From an uncultured Bdellovibrio sp. (GTDB lineage: Bacteria > Bdellovibrionota > Bdellovibrionia > Bdellovibrionales > Bdellovibrionaceae), in the NCBI GenBank assembly GCA_963932905.1, contig CAWVRN010000001.1:256001-320000 (forward strand): a DNA stretch of 64,000 nt, read 5' to 3'. The position numbers were made by a program, and so were the translations under genes. Under the pieces are notes generated by a model. The model was not told where the DNA came from. It did not search any database and was given only the letters and a program-made list of their open reading frames with translations. Shown here piece by piece: positions 19,786 to 29,115 of this stretch. Every line of letters begins with the position of its first letter. Position 1 is the first letter of the stretch.

Positions 19786-22695
19786 ATGGCAAAAATTTCA
19801 ATAACTTGGATAATCAAAAATCAACGCGGTCAGATTAAGGGCCCGTACACGACTATTGAGGTTTTAAATTTTATTTCTAGTGGTGCATTTACTGGCGAAG
19901 AGCAGATTACAAAATATCCCGGTGGTGAATGGACTACCATTTCCAAAGAACCAGAATTTTACGAAAAGATTTTAGAGACACTGGAAAATCAACTCAAAGC
20001 TCCAAAGGATGTTTCGTCTACCGCTAAGGAATCTAAGGGTGAAACGAAACAAATAAAAAAGCCCGCAAAATTCGATTCGTCGAAATTAGAAGACACGGTC
20101 GCAGTCCCTGCAGATCAACGTGCGATTATTAAACCAACGATTGTTCCGGTTTCGCAACCAAATCCGCCGATGGCGACATCATCTCCGGACAGTTTGAAGC
20201 AGTTTTTGAATCAGCAGAAATCGGATGTGATTGAACTTAACAGTATCGATAATGAGAAAAATAAAAATAAATTAGATACAATTCGCTGGCCCATCTTTGG
20301 TGCGATAATCGTCGTCGCCGTTATGCTTATTTATTTCGGTCTGTTTGATGATGAAGCTCATGATTCATCAGAAAAAATAGAATTGATTGCTCCCGGTCCA
20401 AGTAAAGATATTCTAAAACCTAACGAAATTGAAGCGCGAGTCGGAAAATCACTGCAATTGGTAAGCATGGATACTCCAGAAAAGTACGCCGAGGCGCAAA
20501 GTATTCTTGTAGCTACGATTGAAAATTCGCTAAAAAATGTCAAAGCACGTATGGTTTTGTGCGCGATTTATAAAGAACTTTGGCCCTACTCACGACAAAG
20601 TGCGAATGATCAAAAAGCAATTATCCAGGTCGCCAAACAAACTAAATCGATGAATAAAATCGATCCGGCCGGTATGTTGTGCGAGTCAGTGAGGCTTGTT
20701 ACAGAAGGTCGCTATTCCGAAGCACAAAGCGTAGTCGATAAAGCGATGGAGAAAGACTATACGAATTTCTTTTTGTATCAGTTAAAAGGCGAAATTTTAG
20801 AACATGATAATCAAAAACTAGTAGCCGAAAATTTCTATCAAAAAGCAAAAGAGCTATCTGGTCAGTGGGTTAAACCGATTTTTTCTCAAGCAATGATAAA
20901 TGCGAAATTAAACGATCCTAATAAAGCGTATCAATTGTTTGCTTCCGCTCTTAAGCTGAACAAACAGCATAAGAATTCTATTTTTGGTCTTGGAATTTTA
21001 GAGGCCAATCGTGGCCAGCAAGACAAGGCCATTTCGTATATTACGAATGGTTTGTCATTAGATGGCTTGGTAGATAAGGCCATTGAATCGCAAGGCCTTG
21101 AATCCCTTGTCGAGATTTACCTAATTAAAGGCGACAAAAAGAAAGCGATTGAGTTGGCAAATCTAAACTTGTCTAAAAATCCAAGTAAGAAATCCGCGAT
21201 TCACCTTTGCGATCGGCTCGGCGGTTGCGATAAATCTGTTGTGAAAAATGCGAAACAAGATGAAGAGTTGTTTTTCAGTTGCCAGGCGTTGTTTCGTCAA
21301 AAGGAATTTTTGCAATCTCAAGCTGAATGCAAATCAGCGTTTGAGTTAAATAAGAAAAACGCTGCTGCCGCCTTGACCGCCGGGGAATCTTTATGGGCCC
21401 TTGGACAAAGCGTGGAGGCAATTTCTTGGATTGAGAAAGCAATCAAAGCTGATCCCAGAAACTATAAGGCGTATTTAAAAAAGGCCGAGTTTCTATCCGA
21501 TAGATTTGATTTTATTGAAGCTGAAAAAGTTTTGCTTCAAGCCGACTACGTTAGTGGAAAAACAAGCTACGAAGTACAGCGTGGATTTGCGTACCTCGCG
21601 TATAAAAAACGTGACTACCCTAGTACCTTGAAATTGGCCGAGAAAGCGCTGAAGAGTTACGATGCAGATTTAGAGAGTATTATTTTATATTCTTCGGCGG
21701 CCCGTAATTTAGCTGTTGCTTTCAAAGTAGCGTCACAAAAAGATCAGGAACAACGTCAAAAACTAGCTCAAGATGCCTATGGTTACGCGCTAAAGGCAAT
21801 AGAGCTAGACTCTACAAGTATTCAAGCTCAAATCAACTATGCGAAAGTCATTGCAACTCGGCAAGGGGTGGAGATCGGTGCAGATTACCTGATCGAACTG
21901 ATCAAATTGTATCCGTCATTATATGAATATAGAATTGCGCTAGCAGAAATTTATATTGAGGAAGAACGTTTTAAACAAGCCATCGAGGAACTGCAAAAAG
22001 TTCTTGCGGTCAATGCCAAAAACAAAAAAGCGTTGATGGCGATAGCTAAATCCTATTTTCAAGTTGGCGATCCAGACAAAGCCACGACGGCTTATCTAAC
22101 CGCCAGCAATTTGGACCCGTCTGATGCTGAGCCTATTTTTGAAGTCGCTAAGATCTATATGGAAATAGGAAAAATTGGCCTAGCGTTAACACAGTTCGAA
22201 CGCGTACTGGCTTTAAATAAAAAATACCCTAAAGCGAATTTTTATATTGGACGGCTTATGATTTTAAAAGGAAATTATTCTGAAGCCGAGAAATATGCTG
22301 AAATTGAAAAGAAAATGTATCCTCAGTTGACGGATCCATATCTTTTGATCGCTGAAATTAAGTATATTAGTAAAAACTATACCGAATGCGCTGCTGAATA
22401 TGCTCGGGCTACAAATTTCGGGACTCAGCCTGCGGCAGTTTATGTCAAAGCCGCAAAGTGCTATCGTTTATCGGGACAACTGGATATGGCTCAGGGTTTT
22501 ATCGACATTGCAGCGGAAAAAGAAAGCGGATTTGAGGAGATCTACAAAGAACAGGGGGCTCTATTTGAAAGCCGGGGTGACACTGTTTCTGCGATAAGAT
22601 CTTATTGCAAATATGCGGAATTATCACCAAACTCAAAAGATCAGGCATTAATAAAATCGCAGATTCAAGCACTAGGAGGCGAATGTGGGGATTAA
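19786..22695 (+). CDS. Membrane-anchored TPR protein with an N-terminal GYF_2-like domain
   Basis: WIIK..GQIKGPY N-terminus, Pro/Lys linker, one transmembrane helix (WPIFGAIIVVAVMLIYFGLF), many TPR-like repeats. ATG at 19786. Confidence 0.8.
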   Translation: MAKISITWIIKNQRGQIKGPYTTIEVLNFISSGAFTGEEQITKYPGGEWTTISKEPEFYEKILETLENQLKAPKDVSSTAKESKGETKQIKKPAKFDSSKLEDTVAVPADQRAIIKPTIVPVSQPNPPMATSSPDSLKQFLNQQKSDVIELNSIDNEKNKNKLDTIRWPIFGAIIVVAVMLIYFGLFDDEAHDSSEKIELIAPGPSKDILKPNEIEARVGKSLQLVSMDTPEKYAEAQSILVATIENSLKNVKARMVLCAIYKELWPYSRQSANDQKAIIQVAKQTKSMNKIDPAGMLCESVRLVTEGRYSEAQSVVDKAMEKDYTNFFLYQLKGEILEHDNQKLVAENFYQKAKELSGQWVKPIFSQAMINAKLNDPNKAYQLFASALKLNKQHKNSIFGLGILEANRGQQDKAISYITNGLSLDGLVDKAIESQGLESLVEIYLIKGDKKKAIELANLNLSKNPSKKSAIHLCDRLGGCDKSVVKNAKQDEELFFSCQALFRQKEFLQSQAECKSAFELNKKNAAAALTAGESLWALGQSVEAISWIEKAIKADPRNYKAYLKKAEFLSDRFDFIEAEKVLLQADYVSGKTSYEVQRGFAYLAYKKRDYPSTLKLAEKALKSYDADLESIILYSSAARNLAVAFKVASQKDQEQRQKLAQDAYGYALKAIELDSTSIQAQINYAKVIATRQGVEIGADYLIELIKLYPSLYEYRIALAEIYIEEERFKQAIEELQKVLAVNAKNKKALMAIAKSYFQVGDPDKATTAYLTASNLDPSDAEPIFEVAKIYMEIGKIGLALTQFERVLALNKKYPKANFYIGRLMILKGNYSEAEKYAEIEKKMYPQLTDPYLLIAEIKYISKNYTECAAEYARATNFGTQPAAVYVKAAKCYRLSGQLDMAQGFIDIAAEKESGFEEIYKEQGALFESRGDTVSAIRSYCKYAELSPNSKDQALIKSQIQALGGECGD

Positions 22696-22993
22696 AGATC
22701 AAGTTTCGTCATTAGCACAGGGAGCGCAATCTAAAGCTAAAACGTCGGCACAGTCATTTATGCAAATTTCATTTAGATTGGTGACGGGTTTTTTTCTTGG
22801 TTTGACACTGTCTCTGATTGGTCAAGAACTGACTGGTTATGGCTCGTTTTCACTGATTTTTTTAAATCTAGTCGTGATGGGTTTATTTTTCCGCCTATCC
22901 CAAAACTGGTCCATGATAAAAATTTTAGTTTTTGATTTGGTTTGTCTTCTTGTCATTCAAATCTTGAAAATGTATATATTGATCGCGCCTTAA
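22685..22993 (+). CDS. Small hypothetical membrane protein
   Basis: Three hydrophobic segments; GGAGG RBS; overlaps the TPR gene end. Confidence 0.7.
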   Translation: MGIKDQVSSLAQGAQSKAKTSAQSFMQISFRLVTGFFLGLTLSLIGQELTGYGSFSLIFLNLVVMGLFFRLSQNWSMIKILVFDLVCLLVIQILKMYILIAP

Positions 22994-23024
22994 ACAGGTA
23001 TGCGAAACGACCTAGGAAACGATC

Positions 23025-24320
23025 ATGATTGATATTAAATTGTTAGAAAAAAAGCCTGAAAATAATGAACCGTCATACTTGGATGCTTACCGCGCAAATC
23101 TTGCGAATCGTGGCGCCGATAGTGCTGTGTTAGATAAAATTTTAGATTTAAATAAAAAACGTAAAGAACTTATCTTTTCGGCCGAGTCTGAAAAATCAAA
23201 GCAAAACAAAGCCAGTCAAGAATTGGGTAAATTAAAACGCGAAGGTAAAGATACGTCCGCGTTGCAGGCCGAACTTGGAAAAATTTCTGCCGAAGTAAAA
23301 GAGATGGAAAAAAAAGCAGGCGAAGTCGACGCTGAAGTTTACAATCTTCTTTTGACGATTCCGAATATGCATCACAGCTCTGTTCCGGTTGGAAAATCGG
23401 CTGAAGAAAATAAAATCGTAAAAACTATTGGCAATAAAACTTCATTTTCTTTTAAAGCCAAGGAGCATTGGGAAATCGGTGAAAAGCTTGGCATTATTGA
23501 TTTTGAAAGAGCCGGTAAAGTCACAGGTGCTAGGTTCGCCTTTTTGAAAGGTCACGGCGCACGTTTGGAACGCGCACTGATTCAGTTCATGATGGATTTG
23601 CATAGTGAAGCTCATGGCTATACGGAAATGATTCCACCTTTTATCGTAAATACTAACAGTTTAATCGGTACTGGTAACTTACCTAAATTTAAAGATGATT
23701 TGTTTCATCTTAGTGGTCAGGACTATTTCTTGATCCCAACAGCGGAAGTGCCTGTTACAAATTATTTCAATAATGAAACACTAAATGAATCTGATTTGCC
23801 AAAAATGTTTTGTGCTTATTCGCCGTGCTTTCGTTCAGAGGCTGGCAGTCATGGCCGCGATACCAAAGGATTAATTCGTCAGCATCAATTTAATAAAGTA
23901 GAACTCATGATCTTTGCACCACCTACGCGTTCTCATGAATTGCATGAAAAGCTAACGAGCGATGCTGAAAAAATTCTAACTGAACTTGAGCTTCCTTTCC
24001 GTCGCATGCTTTTGTGTACGGGTGATATGGGATTTGGATCAGCGAAAACTTTCGATTTGGAAGTATGGCTACCAGGACAGAACGAATATCGCGAGATCAG
24101 TTCATGTAGTAATTTTGAGGATTTCCAGGCGCGCCGAGCGAATATTCGCTATAAAGCGGCTAATGGAAAACCACAGTTTGTTCACACACTTAACGGCTCT
24201 GGTTTAGCTGTTGGGCGCACCCTAATTGCTGTTTTAGAAAACTATCAAAATGAAGACGGATCAGTCCGGGTTCCTAAAGCATTACAAAAATACATGAGCG
24301 GTGTAACCCTTCTTAAATAA
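23025..24320 (+). CDS. serS: Serine--tRNA ligase
   Basis: [51 protein letters not shown]. Confidence 0.99.
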   Translation: MIDIKLLEKKPENNEPSYLDAYRANLANRGADSAVLDKILDLNKKRKELIFSAESEKSKQNKASQELGKLKREGKDTSALQAELGKISAEVKEMEKKAGEVDAEVYNLLLTIPNMHHSSVPVGKSAEENKIVKTIGNKTSFSFKAKEHWEIGEKLGIIDFERAGKVTGARFAFLKGHGARLERALIQFMMDLHSEAHGYTEMIPPFIVNTNSLIGTGNLPKFKDDLFHLSGQDYFLIPTAEVPVTNYFNNETLNESDLPKMFCAYSPCFRSEAGSHGRDTKGLIRQHQFNKVELMIFAPPTRSHELHEKLTSDAEKILTELELPFRRMLLCTGDMGFGSAKTFDLEVWLPGQNEYREISSCSNFEDFQARRANIRYKAANGKPQFVHTLNGSGLAVGRTLIAVLENYQNEDGSVRVPKALQKYMSGVTLLK

Positions 24321-24432
24321 GGGTTACCAGTCCATAAAATGAAAATTCCTTAGGCAATACCGCCTACTAACGCGCAGAATAAATTTAAAAAAGGCGTTGA
24401 TCCGTCGTGCCGTTTCCAATAGAACTGACCCC

Positions 24433-24522
24433 GGAGCGATGGTAGAGCGGTTGAATACACCAGTCTTGAAAACTGGCAGCCCTTCGCGGGGCTCGAGAGT
24501 TCGAATCTCTCTCGCTCCGCCA
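24433..24522 (+). tRNA. tRNA-Ser (anticodon TGA)
   Basis: GGAGCGA/TCGCTCC acceptor stem, CCAGT-ctTGAaa-ACTGG anticodon arm, long variable arm, GTTCGAATC, encoded CCA. Confidence 0.97.
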
Positions 24523-24677
24523 ATTACTCTCTCGAAAAAATCAAGTCGCTGAAATTAAAATCAAAAATTATTAAATGCTTCAAGTGGTTGAAAATACTTG
24601 TTTGAAGACGTCCCCGGTTTGACTCGGGGTTCAGAATATTTCCGGGTATTTCTGCTCATTTCAAAATCTTGCTACAG
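24515..24677 (+). repeat. About 163-bp imperfect direct repeat, copy 1 (att core plus arm)
   Basis: Matches 27024-27185, e.g. TTACTCTCTCGAAAAA..TCAAGTC.CTGAAATTAAAATCAAAAATTATTAAATGCTTCAAGT..TTGAAAATACT and CATTTCAAAATCTTGCTACAG. Confidence 0.92.
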
Positions 24678-24947
24678 ATTACTACAACTTTTGCTACACG
24701 GATTTTTCTATGGCGTAAATTTAGCAATACCCGGCCGTCTTGAACTATCCTTGTTCGATTTTCAAAAGCGTCCCCGTTAATGGACATCTAAAAGTTTAAG
24801 AATTTTTGGAAAATTGATTCTGGGACGAAAAGATTTAGTGTTCACAAAGGTTTGTAAAACTATGATCGCTTTTGGGTCCCAGAAGAAGTGGTTTTGAGTT
24901 TTTGAAATTCAAACGAGTAATAGATTAAGCTGGACTAGCTTATCGTG

Positions 24948-25799
24948 CTACCACTTACCATTATCGTTCTTTGAAGCTTGTTTTGACGGAATTTCTTCGA
25001 TTGTATCCCAGTGCTCTTCAATTCTGTCATTTTCAATTCTAAAGAGGTCATAGTAAGCGGCTGGCTTATTATCAAACAATCCTTCACTCATAACCAAAAC
25101 AAAATTTCCCTGACCCAAAACCTTTTTAATAGAATTGTACTTAACAACGAAACCTTCTTTTTGCCACTTCCCTAAAGCTTCGACCAAAGATTTTAAACTG
25201 TCAGCAATAACCGGGTTATGTTGAAGGTAATTATCACCGAAATCGTAAGATTTTAGTTTTTTAAGGTCTCCTTGAACCAAAATATCAGTTACAAAATTTT
25301 TAGCAAGTTTCTTATTTTTTTCAGTTTTGTGCAGATCTTTGACTTCAGTTGGTCCATCTATCATGGTACGGTTGCTCGGATTCGGTTTCATTGGATTAAC
25401 TTGCAAATTATCCCAATGTTCTTCAATTTTTCCATTTTTAAAACGAAACACATCGAAGCCAATTTTGGGTCCAAAGAAGTTATATTCCGTATGTGTCACA
25501 ACATAATCATCATCACGAAAAGCACGAACAGTATTCACTTTTCCCGAACCGGGCGGTAGCTGCTTAACGACTGAGAGCAAGCCTTCAAGGCCTGTCGGAA
25601 TATTCAAATTATGCTGTTTGTATGCACCTACATATTTGTGGGGCTCGGTGGCTCCAGTCTCAATTGATTTCAAGAACTGAATCGCTTTTTCAGTATTCGA
25701 CGTAGCTTCTATAGTTGTACCTTTGGCATTTGCGTTCCAACTCATAGATGTTGCAAGTAATGCAGCTATGATAATTTTTCGAACATTTGTGTTTTCCAT
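24948..25799 (-). CDS. Exported tandem SnoaL/NTF2-like domain protein
   Basis: Signal peptide; two repeats of YxQHN...D(V/L)FR...IEEHWD. ATG at 25799 follows AGGAGA. Confidence 0.85.
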   Translation of the reverse strand: MENTNVRKIIIAALLATSMSWNANAKGTTIEATSNTEKAIQFLKSIETGATEPHKYVGAYKQHNLNIPTGLEGLLSVVKQLPPGSGKVNTVRAFRDDDYVVTHTEYNFFGPKIGFDVFRFKNGKIEEHWDNLQVNPMKPNPSNRTMIDGPTEVKDLHKTEKNKKLAKNFVTDILVQGDLKKLKSYDFGDNYLQHNPVIADSLKSLVEALGKWQKEGFVVKYNSIKKVLGQGNFVLVMSEGLFDNKPAAYYDLFRIENDRIEEHWDTIEEIPSKQASKNDNGKW

Positions 25800-25852
25800 A
25801 TTTTCTCCTGTTTTAAATAAGATCAATTGATCTTATATTGTTTATTCATTAT

Positions 25853-25874
25853 ATATCTATCACTAGATAGATAT
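25853..25874. promoter_or_regulatory. Palindromic operator, probably bound by the adjacent TetR
   Basis: ATATCTATC-acta-GATAGATAT; a near-identical site lies at 26429-26450. Confidence 0.7.
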
Positions 25875-25887
25875 GGTTTCAAAAAAA

Positions 25888-26421
25888 CTACAGGGTTTTA
25901 ACCCAAGCTTTTGCTGCCTCTAAGCTGTCACTGTCATCATTCGCTCGATCGACAATTAAGGCTCCCTCAATAAGGCTTACGATCACCTTACTTAAATGTA
26001 TTCTCGATAGGTCTGATTCGCTTTTGTAAAATTTGATTTTTTGACTGATCCAACCTTCTAAGGTCGAAAAAAAGCTTCTAACCCGGTCAACGACCTGAGG
26101 TTCTAGTCCACTCGCTTCCGTCGCTAATGATCCGCAGAGACAAATCAGTTTTTCTTTCTGAGATTCCTCGCAAAAAGAAATCATGATTTCAAGAGTCTTA
26201 GCCAACGTTTTAACACTTTGTGTTCTTCTCTCTAGCTCGTTCATAAAATTTTGACCATAATCTTTTACAATCTCAGCTAAAAGATCTGATTTGGTCGGAA
26301 AATAATAGTGAATAGAAGACGATTTAACTCCAACTATATTGCCTAAATCTCTGAAATTCAAACTGTGAGAACCACCCATTCGAACTATTCTGATCGCTTC
26401 TGTCTTGATTGAATCTTTCAT
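25888..26421 (-). CDS. TetR/AcrR-family regulator
   Basis: HTH LNFRDLGNIVGVKSSSIHYYFPTKSDL and ICLCG. Likely ATG at 26421. Confidence 0.92.
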   Translation of the reverse strand: MKDSIKTEAIRIVRMGGSHSLNFRDLGNIVGVKSSSIHYYFPTKSDLLAEIVKDYGQNFMNELERRTQSVKTLAKTLEIMISFCEESQKEKLICLCGSLATEASGLEPQVVDRVRSFFSTLEGWISQKIKFYKSESDLSRIHLSKVIVSLIEGALIVDRANDDSDSLEAAKAWVKTL

Positions 26422-26428
26422 AATCTTA

Positions 26429-26450
26429 TTATCTATCAACTGGTAGATAA
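26429..26450. promoter_or_regulatory. Palindromic operator upstream of tetR (autoregulation)
   Basis: TTATCTATC-aact-GGTAGATAA. Confidence 0.7.
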
Positions 26451-27023
26451 ATGCAAGCTTTTTTTAAAGTGTCTCAGATGGGTCAAATCCTCCGAATGAA
26501 TTGGAGTTAATACCTAATGTTATTTTTCATCCAGCCCTTCAGAAAACCCTAAACCTTTTAATACAGCGTTGAAGGCGCCGCCCCTTGCAATGAGCGCAGC
26601 CCTACAGTGACCTTTAGAAAATTGGTGGTCCCCTTAAATGAGGCGAAAAACAGAGTTGTGACCTAGCGGTCAGGAAGGGTGCCGCCCGAGCCTCAGAAAT
26701 CGCGGGGAAACACAGGGGACATTCTAGGGATTTACCGTGGGACTTGCTGGGGACGCCGTAGCTTTATTGACCAGATCGCAGTTTCAAATTTTTCGATGTA
26801 TTCAACAACTTGCGTTGTCCAAACTCCAGGGACGACAACCCGACTGAGTATGTCGTTATCAGTGCGCTTACAACATTCAGCAATAGCTATGAAACAGGCG
26901 CGCAGACTTTGCCATCACACCAATAAACAGTTTCTTGCTACAACTTACTACAGATTAGTTATGCGGGTAAGAAATGCTGAAGACTTTCAACGAGTTAAAA
27001 ACTTGGGAAATAGCATTCTCCCT

Positions 27024-27185
27024 CTCCGCCATTTACTCTCTCGAAAAATCAAGTCCCTGAAATTAAAATCAAAAATTATTAAATGCTTCAAGTAATTGAA
27101 AATACTGATTCGAAGTAGTCCCTAGTTTGTCTAAAGGTTCAGAACGGATCCCAATATTTCTGTGCATTTCAAAATCTTGCTACAG
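27024..27185 (+). repeat. About 162-bp imperfect direct repeat, copy 2, starting with a tRNA-Ser 3'-end fragment
   Basis: CTCCGCCA followed by sequence matching 24523-24677. Confidence 0.92.
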
Positions 27186-27376
27186 GTTCTTTCGGAGGGT
27201 GCTAATTCTGAGAAAAAACTAGATTCAGAATTTTCTGAACGGTTTTTAAATTGGGCCCCTTTAAAGAAACTCGAAAATTTTGCGATTTTATTAAAAAATT
27301 AATCCGGGAAGGAAAATTTCAGTGTTCACAAAAGTGCTATCTGTTGTGAACGCGATGAGATCCATTAAGAAGGGGT

Positions 27377-28144
27377 TTAATCCGCAAAAAAAGAAGCATG
27401 GTATTCGTCTGATTCAAATATGAGGTCATCATTCTCTTTGGAGATCCCTATTATTTTTAGATGAGATCTCATAAAATCCAAATCTGCATTTTTATTTGGG
27501 TCAAGGATTCTTTCGGCATTCACCGAGCCACCAATTTTGACTGAGTGATTATTGTTGATGAGGTATCGACAACTAATATCTCCTTCAACTCGTAATGCAT
27601 GATCATTTCTATGAAGGTGTAAAATATTATCCACCTTTAAATTCCCGCCAACCACGACTTCGCCCGAAGACGACATATTGGTAGCAGCCATATTTCCAAG
27701 AACAATAATATTGGAACTTTCATCCCAGTCAGATAGATTACCTTGTATCGATAAGTTCCCAGTCAGAAACAACGAACCGATCTCGACAAAAATGTCGCCT
27801 TGAACGCTAACTGACCCATTTCTTAAAGCAATTTCTCCATTTTGGAATCTCGTCTTCCCTACTTCGAGCAATGCACTCGGTTCTTTTTGGTTTTCTCGCA
27901 TAGCTGTGAGTAGAGAGTAGATAACGACGGAGTCACAAAAAGGCTGTTGCTTATCTTTTGGAAAGTAAGGTAATCTTGTAATTTCACTGAATAGATCTTC
28001 GTAAGTCTGCGGATAGTTGAAGTCTAGTAACCAAGCAAGTTCAGTTTGATTCAAGCTACGATGGTTCTTGAACATCTTTACGCTCGAAAGATTTGTGATC
28101 ACATTTTTAAGAGATTCTTTAAAAGATCCTACATTCAGATTCAT
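27377..28144 (-). CDS. Hypothetical protein with C-terminal bactofilin-like (GxLxVxG) beta-solenoid repeats
   Basis: GSVSVQGDI, GNLSIQGNL, VLGNMAA, VVGGNLKVDN, VEGDISC, IGGSVNA. Confidence 0.65.
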   Translation of the reverse strand: MNLNVGSFKESLKNVITNLSSVKMFKNHRSLNQTELAWLLDFNYPQTYEDLFSEITRLPYFPKDKQQPFCDSVVIYSLLTAMRENQKEPSALLEVGKTRFQNGEIALRNGSVSVQGDIFVEIGSLFLTGNLSIQGNLSDWDESSNIIVLGNMAATNMSSSGEVVVGGNLKVDNILHLHRNDHALRVEGDISCRYLINNNHSVKIGGSVNAERILDPNKNADLDFMRSHLKIIGISKENDDLIFESDEYHASFFAD

Positions 28145-28674
28145 AGACTAATCTTTTCATAAATGTCTCCGTTTGTATAGAAAGGAAATGCTAGTTACCC
28201 ACCTAGCCCCGGCCTTTTCGTTCAATAAAAAAAGCACCACCATTCAATGTGAACAAAGTCAAACAGAGACCTCTGGGAAATGGATGGTCCCCGTTAAATG
28301 ATTTAAAAATATGTTTTTTCTCCGGTGGTCATAAAGAGTATCGCACACCAGGACGCTACCAGTTTCGAATCAAACGACAAGACGAGGGACTCATCGCAAC
28401 CACACCATGTTTCTTGCTACAGATTACTACAAGTTAGTTGAGAGCTGAAGAAATTCTAAAGACTTTTATTAGAATTTTTGAAAGCCGTTTGATTCGTGAA
28501 GAAGGGTTTAGTCAGCGTGCAGTTGACTTCAGCCAGATCAGAACTTCATCTGCATTTTTATCAGGTGGAAAAACTGGGTAAAAAACTTTTTGGATTTTTC
28601 CATTCTGAATGAAAAACGGCTCGTTGTTTTGACAGTTTATAGTCGAAGCTAATGAGCCGTTAAAGATTTAAAAT

Positions 28675-29115
28675 CTAGTTACATTGATTTGTCTTGCCAA
28701 GAGGCAACGGGTAACCTTGTACAACCCAAATTACAGAATATTGGCCGGGAGCAAATTCGAAAAACATCAACTGAGTCGGTTTTTCTGTGCCTGTAGAAAC
28801 CGCTAGGATACTACCACCTGTAAAGCTAGTGATATCAGCTATCGTGTTGATGATTTTTGTATCGTCTGCATTGAAGTCAGCCGCCGTGAAATCAGCCGCG
28901 CCTACGATATTGTAAGTCGTGCTACCTTTGAATGGTTGACCGTCTTGATCTTTGCCTTCGATATCAATGGCGATAGTTTTATCAACTACTTTGTAAGCTA
29001 CTTTTAAGCTTGATTTTGGTTCACATGAACTCATTGTCGCAGGAACCATTGCGAATGATGCAGAAGCAAAGCAAAGTGCTAAGCCAACGAAAAATAATTT
29101 TGCTGTAGATACCAT
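28675..29115 (-). CDS. Secreted hypothetical protein
   Basis: Signal peptide ending ASFA; ATG at 29115 after a purine-rich RBS. Confidence 0.7.
   Translation of the reverse strand: MVSTAKLFFVGLALCFASASFAMVPATMSSCEPKSSLKVAYKVVDKTIAIDIEGKDQDGQPFKGSTTYNIVGAADFTAADFNADDTKIINTIADITSFTGGSILAVSTGTEKPTQLMFFEFAPGQYSVIWVVQGYPLPLGKTNQCN

Larger units (their letters stand above)
24515..27031. mobile_element. Integrase-less mini-island 1 at the tRNA-Ser 3' end (cargo: SnoaL-like gene and TetR gene)
   Basis: Bounded by CTCCGCCA (the tRNA 3' end) at 24515-24522 and 27024-27031; shares four non-coding blocks with mini-island 2. Confidence 0.65.
27024..28470. mobile_element. Integrase-less mini-island 2 (cargo: one hypothetical gene); right end degenerate
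   Basis: Same four scaffold blocks as mini-island 1 in the same order; no clear right-hand att core. Confidence 0.55.

Noticed and set aside
24598..28437. ORFs 24598-24780, 26679-27095 and 28249-28437 as genes
   Set aside because: They run through the repeated non-coding scaffold, have no recognisable protein pattern, and their frames are not preserved between repeat copies.
24515..28470. CRISPR array or classical integron
   Set aside because: The repeats are long, degenerate and present only twice; there are no regular spacers, cas genes, intI or attC-type hairpins.
28527..28535. CTTCAGCCA as the right-hand att core of mini-element 2
   Set aside because: Only 6 of 8 bases match CTCCGCCA and it lies about 25 bp further from R2 than in element 1; too weak to call.
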